64,000 nucleotides of DNA from Candidatus Peribacteria bacterium (GCA_023245765.1 JAHFJP010000004.1:375-64374), one strand, 5' to 3'. Positions 47,248-58,532 are shown, counted from the first letter of the stretch. Made by a program: numbers and translations. The notes: generated from the letters alone by a model not told the origin.

Positions 47248-49942
47248 GGATGAACTTCGCGGTCTCGAGGACCGGAATAATGCTCAGCGCGAGGACGACG
47301 ATCACTGTCCAGTCATGCACTGTCAGTGCATAGGTCCCGAATGCGATCTGCAGGAAGGGCACGTAGACGATGCACATGAGCAGGATGAGTTCCCAGAGGA
47401 TCGCGATGTTGAGCCAGCGGTTTGTAAACGTCCCGCGCAGTGCGCTCAGGTGGTCCGAACGGAAGTTGTAGGCTTTCACAAACTCCGCGACGACGAGCAG
47501 CACGAACGCCATCGTCATCGATTCGTTGATTCCCCGGCCGGAATGGGCGGCCCAGTAGAAGATTCCGAGGATCAGTGCGGCCAGCCACATGCTGCCGGTG
47601 AGCATCAGCGCCATCACGCGTTTCGTGAAGATACCGGTGTGCGGATTGCGCGGTTTCTGCAGCATCAGATCCCGTTCCGGTGGATCCACCGCGAGTGCGA
47701 GTGCCGGGAAGCCGTCGGTGGCGAGGTTGAGGTACAGCAGTTGCACCGCGGAGAGGGGGAGCGGCCAGCCGAGCAGCGTTGCCGCCGTCATGATGATGAT
47801 TTCGCCGATGTTGGAACTCAGCAGGTACATCAGATACTTCTTGATGTTGCCGAAGATGCCGCGGCCCTCCTCTATGGCGGCCACAATCGATGCGAAGTTA
47901 TCATCCGTGAGCGTCATCGCCGCCGCCTCTTTGGTTACATCCGTTCCTGTGATGCCCATCGCGATGCCGATGTCGGCTTTCTTGAGCGCGGGGGCGTCGT
48001 TGACGCCATCGCCCGTCATCGCGACGATCTTGCCCTGTTTCTGCAGAGCCGTGACGAGCCGGAGCTTGTCGCTTGGGGAGACGCGCGCAAAGACCGCGAT
48101 GTCTTTGAGCTGATGGTCGAGCGTCTCGGCGCTCATTTTCTCGAGTTCGATTCCCGTTACAACGCGGGTCGCCTGCCCTGAGTCGTGTCGAAGGGAAGAC
48201 CCGCGCTGGGGGTTCAAAATTCCCAGTTCCCGCGCAATCGCCTCGGCCGTCACCGGATGATCTCCCGTGATCATGATCACGCGGATGCCCGCGTCATGGC
48301 ACTCTTCGATTGCACTCTTCACCTCCGGCCGCGGCGGATCGATCATTCCCACGAGGCCGATGAACTTCATGTCAGTAGATGATCCTGCCAGATCGGTTCT
48401 GCCCTTCCGTGCGATCGCGAGCACGCGCAGTGCCTGCGAGGCCATGGTGCTCGCGGCTCCCAGGATTTCCGCACGCAGCGCGTCGGTCAGCGGGACTTCA
48501 TTCTGCTTTTCCCAGAGACGTGTGCAGAGCGGCAGCAGCATCTCGGGGGCGCCTTTCGCATAGGCCATTGTCTCGCGGCCAGGTATGGCCGCGTTGAGAT
48601 CATGCAAGGTTGTCATTCTCTTGGTTTCGGAGGTGAATGGTATTTCGCCGATGCGCGGAGCCTGTTTTTCCAGATCGCCGCGATACAGTCCCGCCTTGGC
48701 CGCCGCGACCACGAGCGCCCCCTCGGTGGGATCCCCCGCGATGTCGAAGATCCCGTCTTCTTCCTCAATGAGTCTGGCATCTGAAGCCAGCACCCCCGCG
48801 CGCAGGAGTTCCCGCAACCCGTCGTGCGGCGTCTCCTGTTTCCCATCCAGCGAGAATGTGCCGACCGGTGCGTACCCCGCTCCAGAAACATCATAGGTCT
48901 TCCCGACAACCCAGATCTTGCGGATCGTCATCTCGTCTTTCGTCAGTGTTCCCGTCTTGTCCGTACAGATCACCGACGTGCATCCGAGCGTTTCCACTGC
49001 GGGAAGTTTGCGGATCAGTGCGTGGCGGCGGACCATCCGCTGCACGCCGATGGCGAGTGAAATCGTGACGACCGCGGGCAACGCTTCGGGGACGACCGCG
49101 ACCGCAAGCGCGATACCGAACAGAAACATGTCGATGAGCGCTTCTCCCCGGTACCACCCGATCACACTGATCAACGTCACTACGGCCAGAGCGACCTTTG
49201 CGAGTGTCTTGCCCACCCGGTCGAGGTTTTTCTGGAGCGGTGTTTCCTCGGTTTCCACCTGCTCGAGCATCGCGGCGATCTTGCCGAATTCCGACCGCAT
49301 CCCCGTGGCGATCACGACTGCTTTGCCGCGGCCATGACTTACCGAGGTCCCGCCGTAGACGATGTTGCGCCGGTCTCCGACGGAAGCCGAGGGATTGGCA
49401 ACGACCTCTGCAGTCTTCTCCGCGGGCAGTGACTCTCCGGTCAGAGCAGCTTCCTCTGTCCGCAGATTCGCCTGCTCCAGGATTCGTGCGTCGGCGGGTA
49501 TCCGGTCGCCCGCTGCGAGCAGGATGATGTCGCCGGGGACCAGTTGCTCCGCTGGAATCTCCAATTCTTCTCCGTCCCGAATGACTTTCGCGCTGGGTGC
49601 CGCCATCTTCTTGAGCGCCTCCATCGCGCGTTCGGCCCGGTACTCCTGCACGAATCCGAGAACGACCGCGAGCAGCACAATCGCGGCGATCGTGATCGCC
49701 TCCACCGTTTCGCCCAAAAAACCCGAGAGCGCGGTCGCGATCAGCAAGATGATCACGAGCACGTTCTGGAACTGACCGAGGAGGAGCGCCCACGGCGAAA
49801 TTTTCTTCCCTTCCGTCAGTCGGTTACGGCCATATTCCGTAATCCGCCGTTGCGCTTCCGCATCATTGAGACCGGTGGAAGCTGTTTGCAGGGCGGAGAG
49901 GGTGTTGGCGGGGGAGAGCGTATGCCAAAGAGAAGAAGCCAT
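47216..49942 (-). CDS. P-type cation-transporting ATPase (P2, Ca2+-ATPase-like)
   Basis: ICTDKTGTLT, MITGDHPVTA, TGDGVNDAPALKKADIGIAMG, and the N-terminal cation_ATPase_N-like segment. 908 aa. Confidence 0.93.
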   Translation of the reverse strand: MASSLWHTLSPANTLSALQTASTGLNDAEAQRRITEYGRNRLTEGKKISPWALLLGQFQNVLVIILLIATALSGFLGETVEAITIAAIVLLAVVLGFVQEYRAERAMEALKKMAAPSAKVIRDGEELEIPAEQLVPGDIILLAAGDRIPADARILEQANLRTEEAALTGESLPAEKTAEVVANPSASVGDRRNIVYGGTSVSHGRGKAVVIATGMRSEFGKIAAMLEQVETEETPLQKNLDRVGKTLAKVALAVVTLISVIGWYRGEALIDMFLFGIALAVAVVPEALPAVVTISLAIGVQRMVRRHALIRKLPAVETLGCTSVICTDKTGTLTKDEMTIRKIWVVGKTYDVSGAGYAPVGTFSLDGKQETPHDGLRELLRAGVLASDARLIEEEDGIFDIAGDPTEGALVVAAAKAGLYRGDLEKQAPRIGEIPFTSETKRMTTLHDLNAAIPGRETMAYAKGAPEMLLPLCTRLWEKQNEVPLTDALRAEILGAASTMASQALRVLAIARKGRTDLAGSSTDMKFIGLVGMIDPPRPEVKSAIEECHDAGIRVIMITGDHPVTAEAIARELGILNPQRGSSLRHDSGQATRVVTGIELEKMSAETLDHQLKDIAVFARVSPSDKLRLVTALQKQGKIVAMTGDGVNDAPALKKADIGIAMGITGTDVTKEAAAMTLTDDNFASIVAAIEEGRGIFGNIKKYLMYLLSSNIGEIIIMTAATLLGWPLPLSAVQLLYLNLATDGFPALALAVDPPERDLMLQKPRNPHTGIFTKRVMALMLTGSMWLAALILGIFYWAAHSGRGINESMTMAFVLLVVAEFVKAYNFRSDHLSALRGTFTNRWLNIAILWELILLMCIVYVPFLQIAFGTYALTVHDWTVIVVLALSIIPVLETAKFILRRSMLRTIC

Positions 49943-49960
49943 GCCCGGCAGTGTATCTGC

Positions 49961-50176
49961 TTACATGTTCGAGTAGAATTGCTTCTTCCGGTTATCCTGC
50001 CGGTACCCCTCGCGCTTGAGTGCGCGGATGCGCTCCAGGCGGCGGGTCTTGTGGCGCTTGTGGGTCCGACGCTCGCGCAGAATCTTGATCAGGTTGCTTT
50101 TCTGCACCTGCTTCTTGAACCGCTGCTGGAGGCGGTCCGTCGATTCATCCCCGTGTTTGATTGCGTAGATGGCCAT
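49961..50176 (-). CDS. rpsU: 30S ribosomal protein S21
   Basis: 71 aa, basic. ESTDRLQQRFKKQVQKSNLIKILRERRTHKRHKTRRLER fits the S21 pattern. Confidence 0.85.
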   Translation of the reverse strand: MAIYAIKHGDESTDRLQQRFKKQVQKSNLIKILRERRTHKRHKTRRLERIRALKREGYRQDNRKKQFYSNM

Positions 50177-50230
50177 AAGGGCTGGAGGATGGTACCCATG
50201 TAGACAGCCTGCTGCAAGCTAAATTCTCAG

Positions 50231-50309
50231 AGGAAACCGAGGGAACCGAAGAGTCCGACGCAACCGAGGATCCTCGGTTCCTTCGGTTTCGTCGGTTACT
50301 TCGGTTGCT
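50231..50309. repeat. Family-A 9-mer palindrome, copy A5
   Basis: Centre GGATCC at 50268-50273. Lies between divergent rpsU and gyrB. Confidence 0.85.
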
Positions 50310-50347
50310 TTCCGTCGACCGTTGCCCAACCTCCAAAACCTCCCTAG

Positions 50348-52402
<2,055 letters not shown>

Positions 52403-52509
52403 TGTCATCCTTCGCTACGCTCAGGATGACAGAGACTCTAATTACATGATGGTCTTCGCTACGCTCAGGCATGACCCTGAGCGGAGCGAAGGGTCACTCT
52501 TACAATAAT
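52403..52509. repeat. Family-B composite repeat B1 (hairpin units with conserved loop TTCGCTACGCTCAG or its complement)
   Basis: Starts at the nucleotide after the gyrB TAA. About 85% identical by eye over ~107 nt to 53019-53127. Confidence 0.85.
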
Positions 52510-52530
52510 CCGCGAACATGGCTGAGGGGT

Positions 52531-53016
52531 ATGATACTCACGATGAATTTCCTCTTTTTCCGATGGCGCATTCCGAAGAATCTCCCGCCGGAGATCCAGA
52601 CAGTTTGTGACGAGCTCGCTGCTCTGACTGATCAAGAATCCGTCGTGCGCAGGGCGCATGAAATCCTCAGCACGCGTTTCCGTGCTCGCAAGTACCTCAC
52701 GTATCCTTTGCTCTGGAAGATCTTCGATAGAGATCTTTCCCGTATCTGGTCCAGGACGTCTTTCCTCCACTGCACGCACATGAACTGGCTACTGAAGATC
52801 GTGCTCGTTCGAAGCGGTCACTTCGTCGAAGCGGATGTCCGGGAGAAGTGGACATTCCTGACGGTCATTTCTCCACATCAGTATGCGAAAGTTCGTATGC
52901 ACGATGGTCAATGGATCAATGTGGACGTGTGGGGAAGTACGTATGGGATTCCGTTTGGGAATTATGCGCATGGGTTCATGCTTCGCTACGCTCAGCATGA
53001 CAAAAAACCTCAGTAA
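52531..53016 (+). CDS. hypothetical protein, possible transglutaminase-like Cys protease fold
   Basis: Ordered C...H...D candidates (LHCTHMNWLLKIVLVRSG, SPHQYAKV, WINVDVW). The last 12 codons are encoded by a family-B hairpin unit. Flanked by B1 and B2. Confidence 0.5.
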   Translation: MILTMNFLFFRWRIPKNLPPEIQTVCDELAALTDQESVVRRAHEILSTRFRARKYLTYPLLWKIFDRDLSRIWSRTSFLHCTHMNWLLKIVLVRSGHFVEADVREKWTFLTVISPHQYAKVRMHDGQWINVDVWGSTYGIPFGNYAHGFMLRYAQHDKKPQ

Positions 53017-53018
53017 GT

Positions 53019-53160
53019 CTGTCATCCTTCGCTTCGCTCAGGATGACAAGAGGCCATTTCTTAGATGGTCTTCGCTACGCTCAGACCGTCGAACCCTGAG
53101 TGGAGCGAAGGGTCACTCTTACAATAATTCACTGTCATGGTGAGCGTAGCGAACCATGAC
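53019..53160. repeat. Family-B composite repeat B2 (at least 4 hairpin units, both orientations)
   Basis: 53019-53127 is a direct repeat of B1. An extra inverted unit GTCATGGTGAGCGTAGCGAACCATGAC follows. Ends 4 nt before the hisS stop. Confidence 0.85.
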
Positions 53161-53164
53161 CTCT

Positions 53165-54502
53165 TTAATCCTCCCCCACGTGATCCCTCATCACATAGGT
53201 ATCCAGGTTCTCCTTTCCGAGCAGACTGATGATCTCGGGCACCGCGTCTTTAAAGGCCATCTGCTTCTGCTTTCCCGCCTTCATATCGCGCAGAATGATC
53301 GTGCCTTCCTTCACTTCCATTTTGCCGAGGAGCAGCGTGTAGCGGGCCTCGAACTTATCCGCGAGCCGCATCTGGCTTTTAAGGCTCGCTTCGCCGAGCG
53401 CCCCGAGTGTGTGGACGCCAAGATCGCGGAGTTCTGAGACGAGTGTGAGGCACTGCTTCTTCGCTTCGGGCCCCAGCTGCGCCACGAACACATCGACCTG
53501 GTCTTTATTGGGGGCCTGCACGCCGGCTTCCTTCATGTGCCAGATCATTCGTTCCACGCCGCCGGCAAAACCGACGCCGGGCGTCGGCTTGCCGCCGAGC
53601 AGCTCGATGAGCCCGTCGTACCGTCCGCCGCCACCCACCGCGTTCTGCGCACCGGTGCTGCTGTCCCAGAATTCAAAGACCGTCTGGCAGTAGTAATCGA
53701 GACCGCGGACGAGGCCGGGATTGGCGATCGTTTTGACGCCGAGCGCGTCGAGGTATTCGAGCAGCGTCTCGTGGTACTTCTTACTCTCATCATCCAGGAA
53801 CTGATCCAGCTTGGGTGCGTTCTTGATCAAAATAATCGTGTCTTCTTCCTTGCTGTCGAGCAGCCGCAGGGGATTGGTCTGCAGACGCCTGGCGTCATCG
53901 GGCGGGAGTTGCCGTTCTTTGCCGATGAAGAAGTCCTTCAATGCTTCCATGTAGGCCTTGCGGTTGTCGGCAGTGCCGATGTTGTTCATCTGCAGCGTGA
54001 GGCGGTCAAAAATCCGCAGATCCGAGAGAATCTTCGTGATTACGTGGATCAGCTGCGCATCGATGCTGGGGTCGCGCAGGCCGATCACCTCCAGGTCGAT
54101 CTGGTGGAACTGCCGGTAGCGTCCCTTCTGCGGACGGTCGTAGCGGAAGCACTGTCCGATGGAGTAGAGCTCCACCGGCTGCGGCAGCTGCTGCATGCCG
54201 TGTTCGATGTACGAGCGGCAGATACCGGCGGTGAATTCGGGTCTGAGCGCGAACTCGCGCGCCTCGCCCTCGCTGTCGCGTTTGCCTGTTACGGTGAAAA
54301 GCTCCTTCTCGACGATATCCGTGTGCTCACCGATGCCGCGCTCAAACACACCTTTGTGCTCGAACATCGGCGGATCGATGCGCTTGTACCCGGCTTGCCG
54401 GCAGCGGTGACGCACGACCTTCTTGATGTACGTCTGGTACTGGTGATCCTCGGGCAGGACGTCGTGGGTACCCTTTGGAGTGCGGAAGAGGGGTTCGGCC
54501 AT
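53165..54502 (-). CDS. hisS: histidine--tRNA ligase
   Basis: PKGTHDVLPED, FRYDRPQKGRYRQFHQ (motif 2), GGGGRYDGL (motif 3), and a C-terminal anticodon-binding domain. Confidence 0.95.
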   Translation of the reverse strand: MAEPLFRTPKGTHDVLPEDHQYQTYIKKVVRHRCRQAGYKRIDPPMFEHKGVFERGIGEHTDIVEKELFTVTGKRDSEGEAREFALRPEFTAGICRSYIEHGMQQLPQPVELYSIGQCFRYDRPQKGRYRQFHQIDLEVIGLRDPSIDAQLIHVITKILSDLRIFDRLTLQMNNIGTADNRKAYMEALKDFFIGKERQLPPDDARRLQTNPLRLLDSKEEDTIILIKNAPKLDQFLDDESKKYHETLLEYLDALGVKTIANPGLVRGLDYYCQTVFEFWDSSTGAQNAVGGGGRYDGLIELLGGKPTPGVGFAGGVERMIWHMKEAGVQAPNKDQVDVFVAQLGPEAKKQCLTLVSELRDLGVHTLGALGEASLKSQMRLADKFEARYTLLLGKMEVKEGTIILRDMKAGKQKQMAFKDAVPEIISLLGKENLDTYVMRDHVGED

Positions 54503-54587
54503 AGAAAAAGGAGTGTATCACCTTAGTAATACGATCGAAGGTGAAGTCTACCAGTCTCTTTTCGGTTTGAGAAGGGTCTTTTGTGAA

Positions 54588-54759
54588 GGATGGGGCGAGC
54601 GACCCGGCTTCGCCTCCGGCTACGCCGAGGTCTCATGCTCGCCAAATCGCGGCGAAGTCCGAAGGACGAAGCCGGATGGGGCGAGCGACCCGGCTTCGCC
54701 TCCGGCTACGCCGAGGTCTCATGCTCGCCAAATCGCGGCGAAGTCCGAAGGACGAAGCC
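54588..54759 (-). repeat. Two tandem 86-nt units, each containing a tRNA-His acceptor-stem mimic ending in CCA
   Basis: Period is 86 nt (54588-54673 and 54674-54759), near-identical. Each shares TGGCGAGC (G-1 plus positions 1-6) and GTCGCTCGCCCCA (3' strand, C73, CCA) with the adjacent tRNA-His. Confidence 0.9.
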
Positions 54760-54762
54760 GGA

Positions 54763-54839
54763 TGGGGCGAGCGACGGGGATCGAACCCGCGACCCTCTGG
54801 ACCACAACCAGATGCTCTAACCACTGAGCTACGCTCGCC
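54763..54839 (-). tRNA. tRNA-His (anticodon GTG) with encoded G-1 and CCA
   Basis: Manual cloverleaf: G-1, GCGAGCG/CGCTCGC acceptor, GCTC-AGTGGTTA-GAGC D arm, TCTGG-TTGTGGT-CCAGA anticodon arm, GCGGG-TTCGATC-CCCGT T arm, C73, CCA. Confidence 0.9.
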
Positions 54840-55043
54840 ACGGGCTCGAAGATTGTACACAGGTAATCTTTGTTTGAAAGGCTTGCCAACAGCATCCTGT
54901 ACGATACAGTTCCTTCGCATGCAGCGTTCTGCTCTGACTCTCGGCCTCCTCCCCCTGCTCCTTATTGCGGGAAGGCGGCTGCGTGCGTAGATGATTCGTG
55001 AAGAACATGACGAGCCTCCTTCCCCAGAGAGCTCTCTTTATTC

Positions 55044-55976
55044 ATGTTCCCACTATTCATCATGGATTCAACGAAAATCATCGTGTACGACAATACAATC
55101 GAGACAATAGAACGCTACGGACATGACATCGTGCCGGGGAAGAAGATCGAGATTGCAAAGATGTTGGAGGCGATGAATGTCGATGTCATCGGTGCGGGAT
55201 TTCCCATTCGATCCCCCAATGATCGCGAGACCGTCCAGGGCGTCAGCGAAACATGCCACCGGGCAACCATATCGGCATTGGCCCGTTGCTCGCATCCCTC
55301 GGATATCGATCAGGCATGGCAATCGGTCGCGTCCGCCGCCCGCCCGCGTCTGCACGTATTTCAAACCACGCGGGGAATGCGGGGCTTCGAAGTGTGTATG
55401 TCGGAGAAACAGGTTATCGAATCGGCCATCACCGGCGTACGGCATGCGAAAGGACTCTGTGACGACGTGCAATTTTCTGCCGAGGATACGACGTTGCTCG
55501 ACCCGGGATTTGCCCGCGAACTCTACCGCGAAGCGGCCATTGCCGGTGCAACGACGGTGAACGTCGTCGATCCGCCGATTACGCTTCAGGAAATGCTGCG
55601 CAGTCCAGGACGTCGTCGCAACGGCGATATCGGACAAAGTCGCATGCGCGATACGGTGGAGACAATTGTAAAAGCAGTGAAGGGTATGGATGTGATGATC
55701 GGTGGTCACTGCTACGGTCCTGCCGATCCCCACATGAATGCGCCGATCGCTCCGCATTCCGCCGTGACGGCAGTACATGCGGCGGAAGAAGGAGCGCGTC
55801 AGCTCACATGCTGCGTGCGCGGCCCTCGCGATATTGATCAGGAAGGCAATCCATCGATCACATCGTTGTCACTTCTGTCCGGAGTAGTCAGCGTCTTGCT
55901 AGGCAATCGTTTCCGTTTTGGAGTGACGCTTCAGGATATGCACAAAATCGGGCAAATCTTGAAGAGTCAACGGTAA
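55044..55976 (+). CDS. degenerate 2-isopropylmalate synthase / HMGL-like domain protein (probable pseudoenzyme or decaying gene)
   Basis: Collinear with the LeuA N-terminal TIM barrel (MNVDVIGAGFPIRSPND, ALARC, DIDQAW, PRLHVF, VQFSAEDTT, AGATTVNV). Catalytic motifs are replaced (RDGEQ to ETIERY, HxH to HCY, PDTVG to VDPPIT). The C-terminal subdomains are absent. Confidence 0.7.
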   Translation: MFPLFIMDSTKIIVYDNTIETIERYGHDIVPGKKIEIAKMLEAMNVDVIGAGFPIRSPNDRETVQGVSETCHRATISALARCSHPSDIDQAWQSVASAARPRLHVFQTTRGMRGFEVCMSEKQVIESAITGVRHAKGLCDDVQFSAEDTTLLDPGFARELYREAAIAGATTVNVVDPPITLQEMLRSPGRRRNGDIGQSRMRDTVETIVKAVKGMDVMIGGHCYGPADPHMNAPIAPHSAVTAVHAAEEGARQLTCCVRGPRDIDQEGNPSITSLSLLSGVVSVLLGNRFRFGVTLQDMHKIGQILKSQR

Positions 55977-56009
55977 CCGAACGCGACCGGGTGCTCAGGA
56001 GCGCCCGGT

Positions 56010-58532
56010 TTAGCGTGTTGCGGAATCCCCCGATTCTTTCTTCTTCTCATTCATTTTCTTCTTCTTACTGCCGTTCTGCTTCGTCACCCCCTCCGCCTTG
56101 ATCACGAACGCGACCTTGTCGTCTGAGGATGATGCGGGAGCTGCGGTTGTCGACGGTTCCGCCAGAGGAATATCCTGCGGAACAGGTTTGGCCTTGGGAG
56201 TTTTGGGAGTCGGTGCTGGAGTTGGAGCGGGAGCCGGAGCGGGAAGCTGAGCGGTGACGGCGGGAGCGGCCAGAGCGGTGGGTTCGGCAGGGGCATCGAT
56301 CTGGACGACTTCTTCTCTGCGCTTCTTCAGATTTTCGCGGTACCGCTGTCGCTTGCGGCGCTTTCGTTCACGTTCGCGCTCCAATCGCTCGACGTCGGCC
56401 GCTGGTGTCGAGACTGTCTGCGGAGCTGCAGGACTGATCGGAGCGGGAGGGGCAGGGGGAGGTGGTGCAACAGGCGGGGTTGGTATCGCTGCCACAGGCG
56501 CAGGTTCAGGAAGAGGTGTTGGAGACGGAGGGGCAGGCTCAGGGAGAGGCTGTGGAGCGGGGGGCTCTGCCTGTGCGACCGGCGGTTCTACTGTGGGTGG
56601 GGGAGGAGGTTCCACGGGAGGTGCGACAGGAGTCGGCTGAGGCTCAGTGACCACCGGGGGAGGTGGCTGCGGTGGAGGAGGAGGCGGGGGAGGGGTCGAC
56701 TCTGCGGGGGCAACCTCTGTGACGGGTGTTCCGTTTGTTCCATTCGTGTTCGCATCGTTCTCTTCCTTCAACCACGGCGGGAGCATGTCGTCCTCAGATG
56801 GAGCAGGGGCGGTGACGGAAGAAGATTGTGCAGACGTGTCTGCAGGAGCTGCCGCGGTTTGCTGCAGCCACGGCGGGGTTGTATCAGCGGCGGGAGTTTG
56901 CGCGGGCGGTTCAGATACCGGCGCAGGCTGCGTCGGTGGCGGTGCAGAAATCGTTTCGGGAAGCGCGGGGGGTTCTGCGAGTGGCACAGTCGACGGAGTC
57001 GTTTCGGTCGGGAGCGTTGGCGGGCCGGGCTCAAACGGCGTGGCAGAGGAAGTATCCGGAATCGGTGGGGGAGCGTCCTTCGCTGTTTCAAGACCTTTCT
57101 GGAGCCATGCTGGTGCCGCGACTTCCGTGGCGGCAGGAGCTGATGGAGGAGCGGCAGATTCGGCAGCCTTTGTCGTGTCGATAGCCTGCTCAATGCTCTC
57201 CTCTTTTTTTACGTCTGGCTTTTCTTCTGGTTTCTCTTCCGGCTTTTCCGCCGGAGGTTCCGGCCGCTTCAGCTTCATGGTTGCGGGAGCGGTGTCGGGT
57301 GTCGCTGCCGGACTTCCGGGTTCTTTCTTGAGGAGTTTTCCCTCAGCCATTTCCAGTGCTTTCTGCAGACTCCCCGGGCGGTACAGGAATTTGCGCACTC
57401 CCCACACACCGAGCGCGCCAAGGCCGGCGGCGAGCAGGAGGACGACGAGAATTTTGATGAACGTCCATACCATGGATCCTCCACCCGATGTCGTCTGGTC
57501 GGGGGGTGTCGCAGCGGCGGAAGAAGATGCCGATGAGACCGACGATGCGCTGCTCGCGGTCTCCGGAATACTGTTGATGGTGATCTGTCTCTCGCCTTCA
57601 GCAAGAACCCTTCCCGTGGACATCTCCCGAGTGATCACATGTACCGTGTACTGCCCATTTTGGAGATAGTGGTGGCGCGGTTCCTCGAGCAAACTCTGGT
57701 ATCCATCGCCGAAGTCCCAGTGCGTGATGACGGACACAGGCGAAATGCCAATATCGTTTGCAAAAGAAAAATGGACGAAGCCTTCTTGTTCGGGACTGTC
57801 GGCGATCGATCCGCCCGGAACAGGCAGCTCCCCTCCAGCAACGTTGATGGTCTGCTCGATGACGGTTCCATCGTCCGCGGTCGTTTCAAGATGCATCGGC
57901 GACGCGTTTTCCGGGATGGGGTACCAGATATGGAGCGCATTGTGTTCCGTGGCGAACAGGGTGTCGGCCGTGTCGTTGTCGTTGCCGGTGACGCCATCTC
58001 CGTCGCTGTCCGCGTCAGTATCGAGATCCACGCTGATCGGGCCCGTGAGCGCGACCGACGGTGTCAGTGTCAGCAGCGGGCTCTCCGGGGGAATCTGCAC
58101 GCCGCTCTCACCTACGGGAATATTGACGGAGACAATCTCGAGACCGATGCCTTCGGGCGGGGGATTCTCCTGGATGTCGTTTTCGTCGCGTTCCAGAACT
58201 TTGATCTCCATGTGTAGGCGGGGATTTCCCGACTGCGCGTGAAACTGGCCATCGAGCACATAGGTTCCCGCCTGCGTAAAACGCGTGCGGAAGATTGCCT
58301 CGCGTCCGGCCTCCACAAAATCACCGTTCTGCGTGAGTATCCAGTCCAATTGTTCCTCCGGATTGCTCTTCATGCCGAGGATTTCGAACACGTCTCCGGC
58401 AACAATCTCCGCGTGTGCCTGGGCAATCGCGGGGTCACTGCCGCTCTGCGCGAATGCATGCGGAAGAATCAAGAATGCCGTGAGTGCGAGACTCACGAGC
58501 GCAAGCAGCCGGCGGGGACCGAGCATGTGCAT
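56010..58532 (-). CDS. large membrane protein: signal peptide, extracellular region with PKD-like domain, one TM helix, long Pro-rich basic tail
   Basis: Signal peptide LLALVSLALTAFLILPHAFA. WDFGDGYQSLLEEPRHHYLQNGQYTVHV is PKD-like. TM helix WTFIKILVVLLLAAGLGALGVWGV. The PPPPxP-rich tail contains an ERLERERERKRRKRQRYR segment. Confidence 0.75.
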   Translation of the reverse strand: MHMLGPRRLLALVSLALTAFLILPHAFAQSGSDPAIAQAHAEIVAGDVFEILGMKSNPEEQLDWILTQNGDFVEAGREAIFRTRFTQAGTYVLDGQFHAQSGNPRLHMEIKVLERDENDIQENPPPEGIGLEIVSVNIPVGESGVQIPPESPLLTLTPSVALTGPISVDLDTDADSDGDGVTGNDNDTADTLFATEHNALHIWYPIPENASPMHLETTADDGTVIEQTINVAGGELPVPGGSIADSPEQEGFVHFSFANDIGISPVSVITHWDFGDGYQSLLEEPRHHYLQNGQYTVHVITREMSTGRVLAEGERQITINSIPETASSASSVSSASSSAAATPPDQTTSGGGSMVWTFIKILVVLLLAAGLGALGVWGVRKFLYRPGSLQKALEMAEGKLLKKEPGSPAATPDTAPATMKLKRPEPPAEKPEEKPEEKPDVKKEESIEQAIDTTKAAESAAPPSAPAATEVAAPAWLQKGLETAKDAPPPIPDTSSATPFEPGPPTLPTETTPSTVPLAEPPALPETISAPPPTQPAPVSEPPAQTPAADTTPPWLQQTAAAPADTSAQSSSVTAPAPSEDDMLPPWLKEENDANTNGTNGTPVTEVAPAESTPPPPPPPPQPPPPVVTEPQPTPVAPPVEPPPPPTVEPPVAQAEPPAPQPLPEPAPPSPTPLPEPAPVAAIPTPPVAPPPPAPPAPISPAAPQTVSTPAADVERLERERERKRRKRQRYRENLKKRREEVVQIDAPAEPTALAAPAVTAQLPAPAPAPTPAPTPKTPKAKPVPQDIPLAEPSTTAAPASSSDDKVAFVIKAEGVTKQNGSKKKKMNEKKKESGDSATR

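Noticed and set aside
54480-54990. Plus-strand ORFs of 76-135 aa (54480-54827, 54583-54990, 54590-54820) and the minus-strand ORF 54633-54920
   Set aside because: They are translations of the tRNA-His gene and the 86-nt tandem repeats. The repeated peptide segments simply mirror the DNA repeat.
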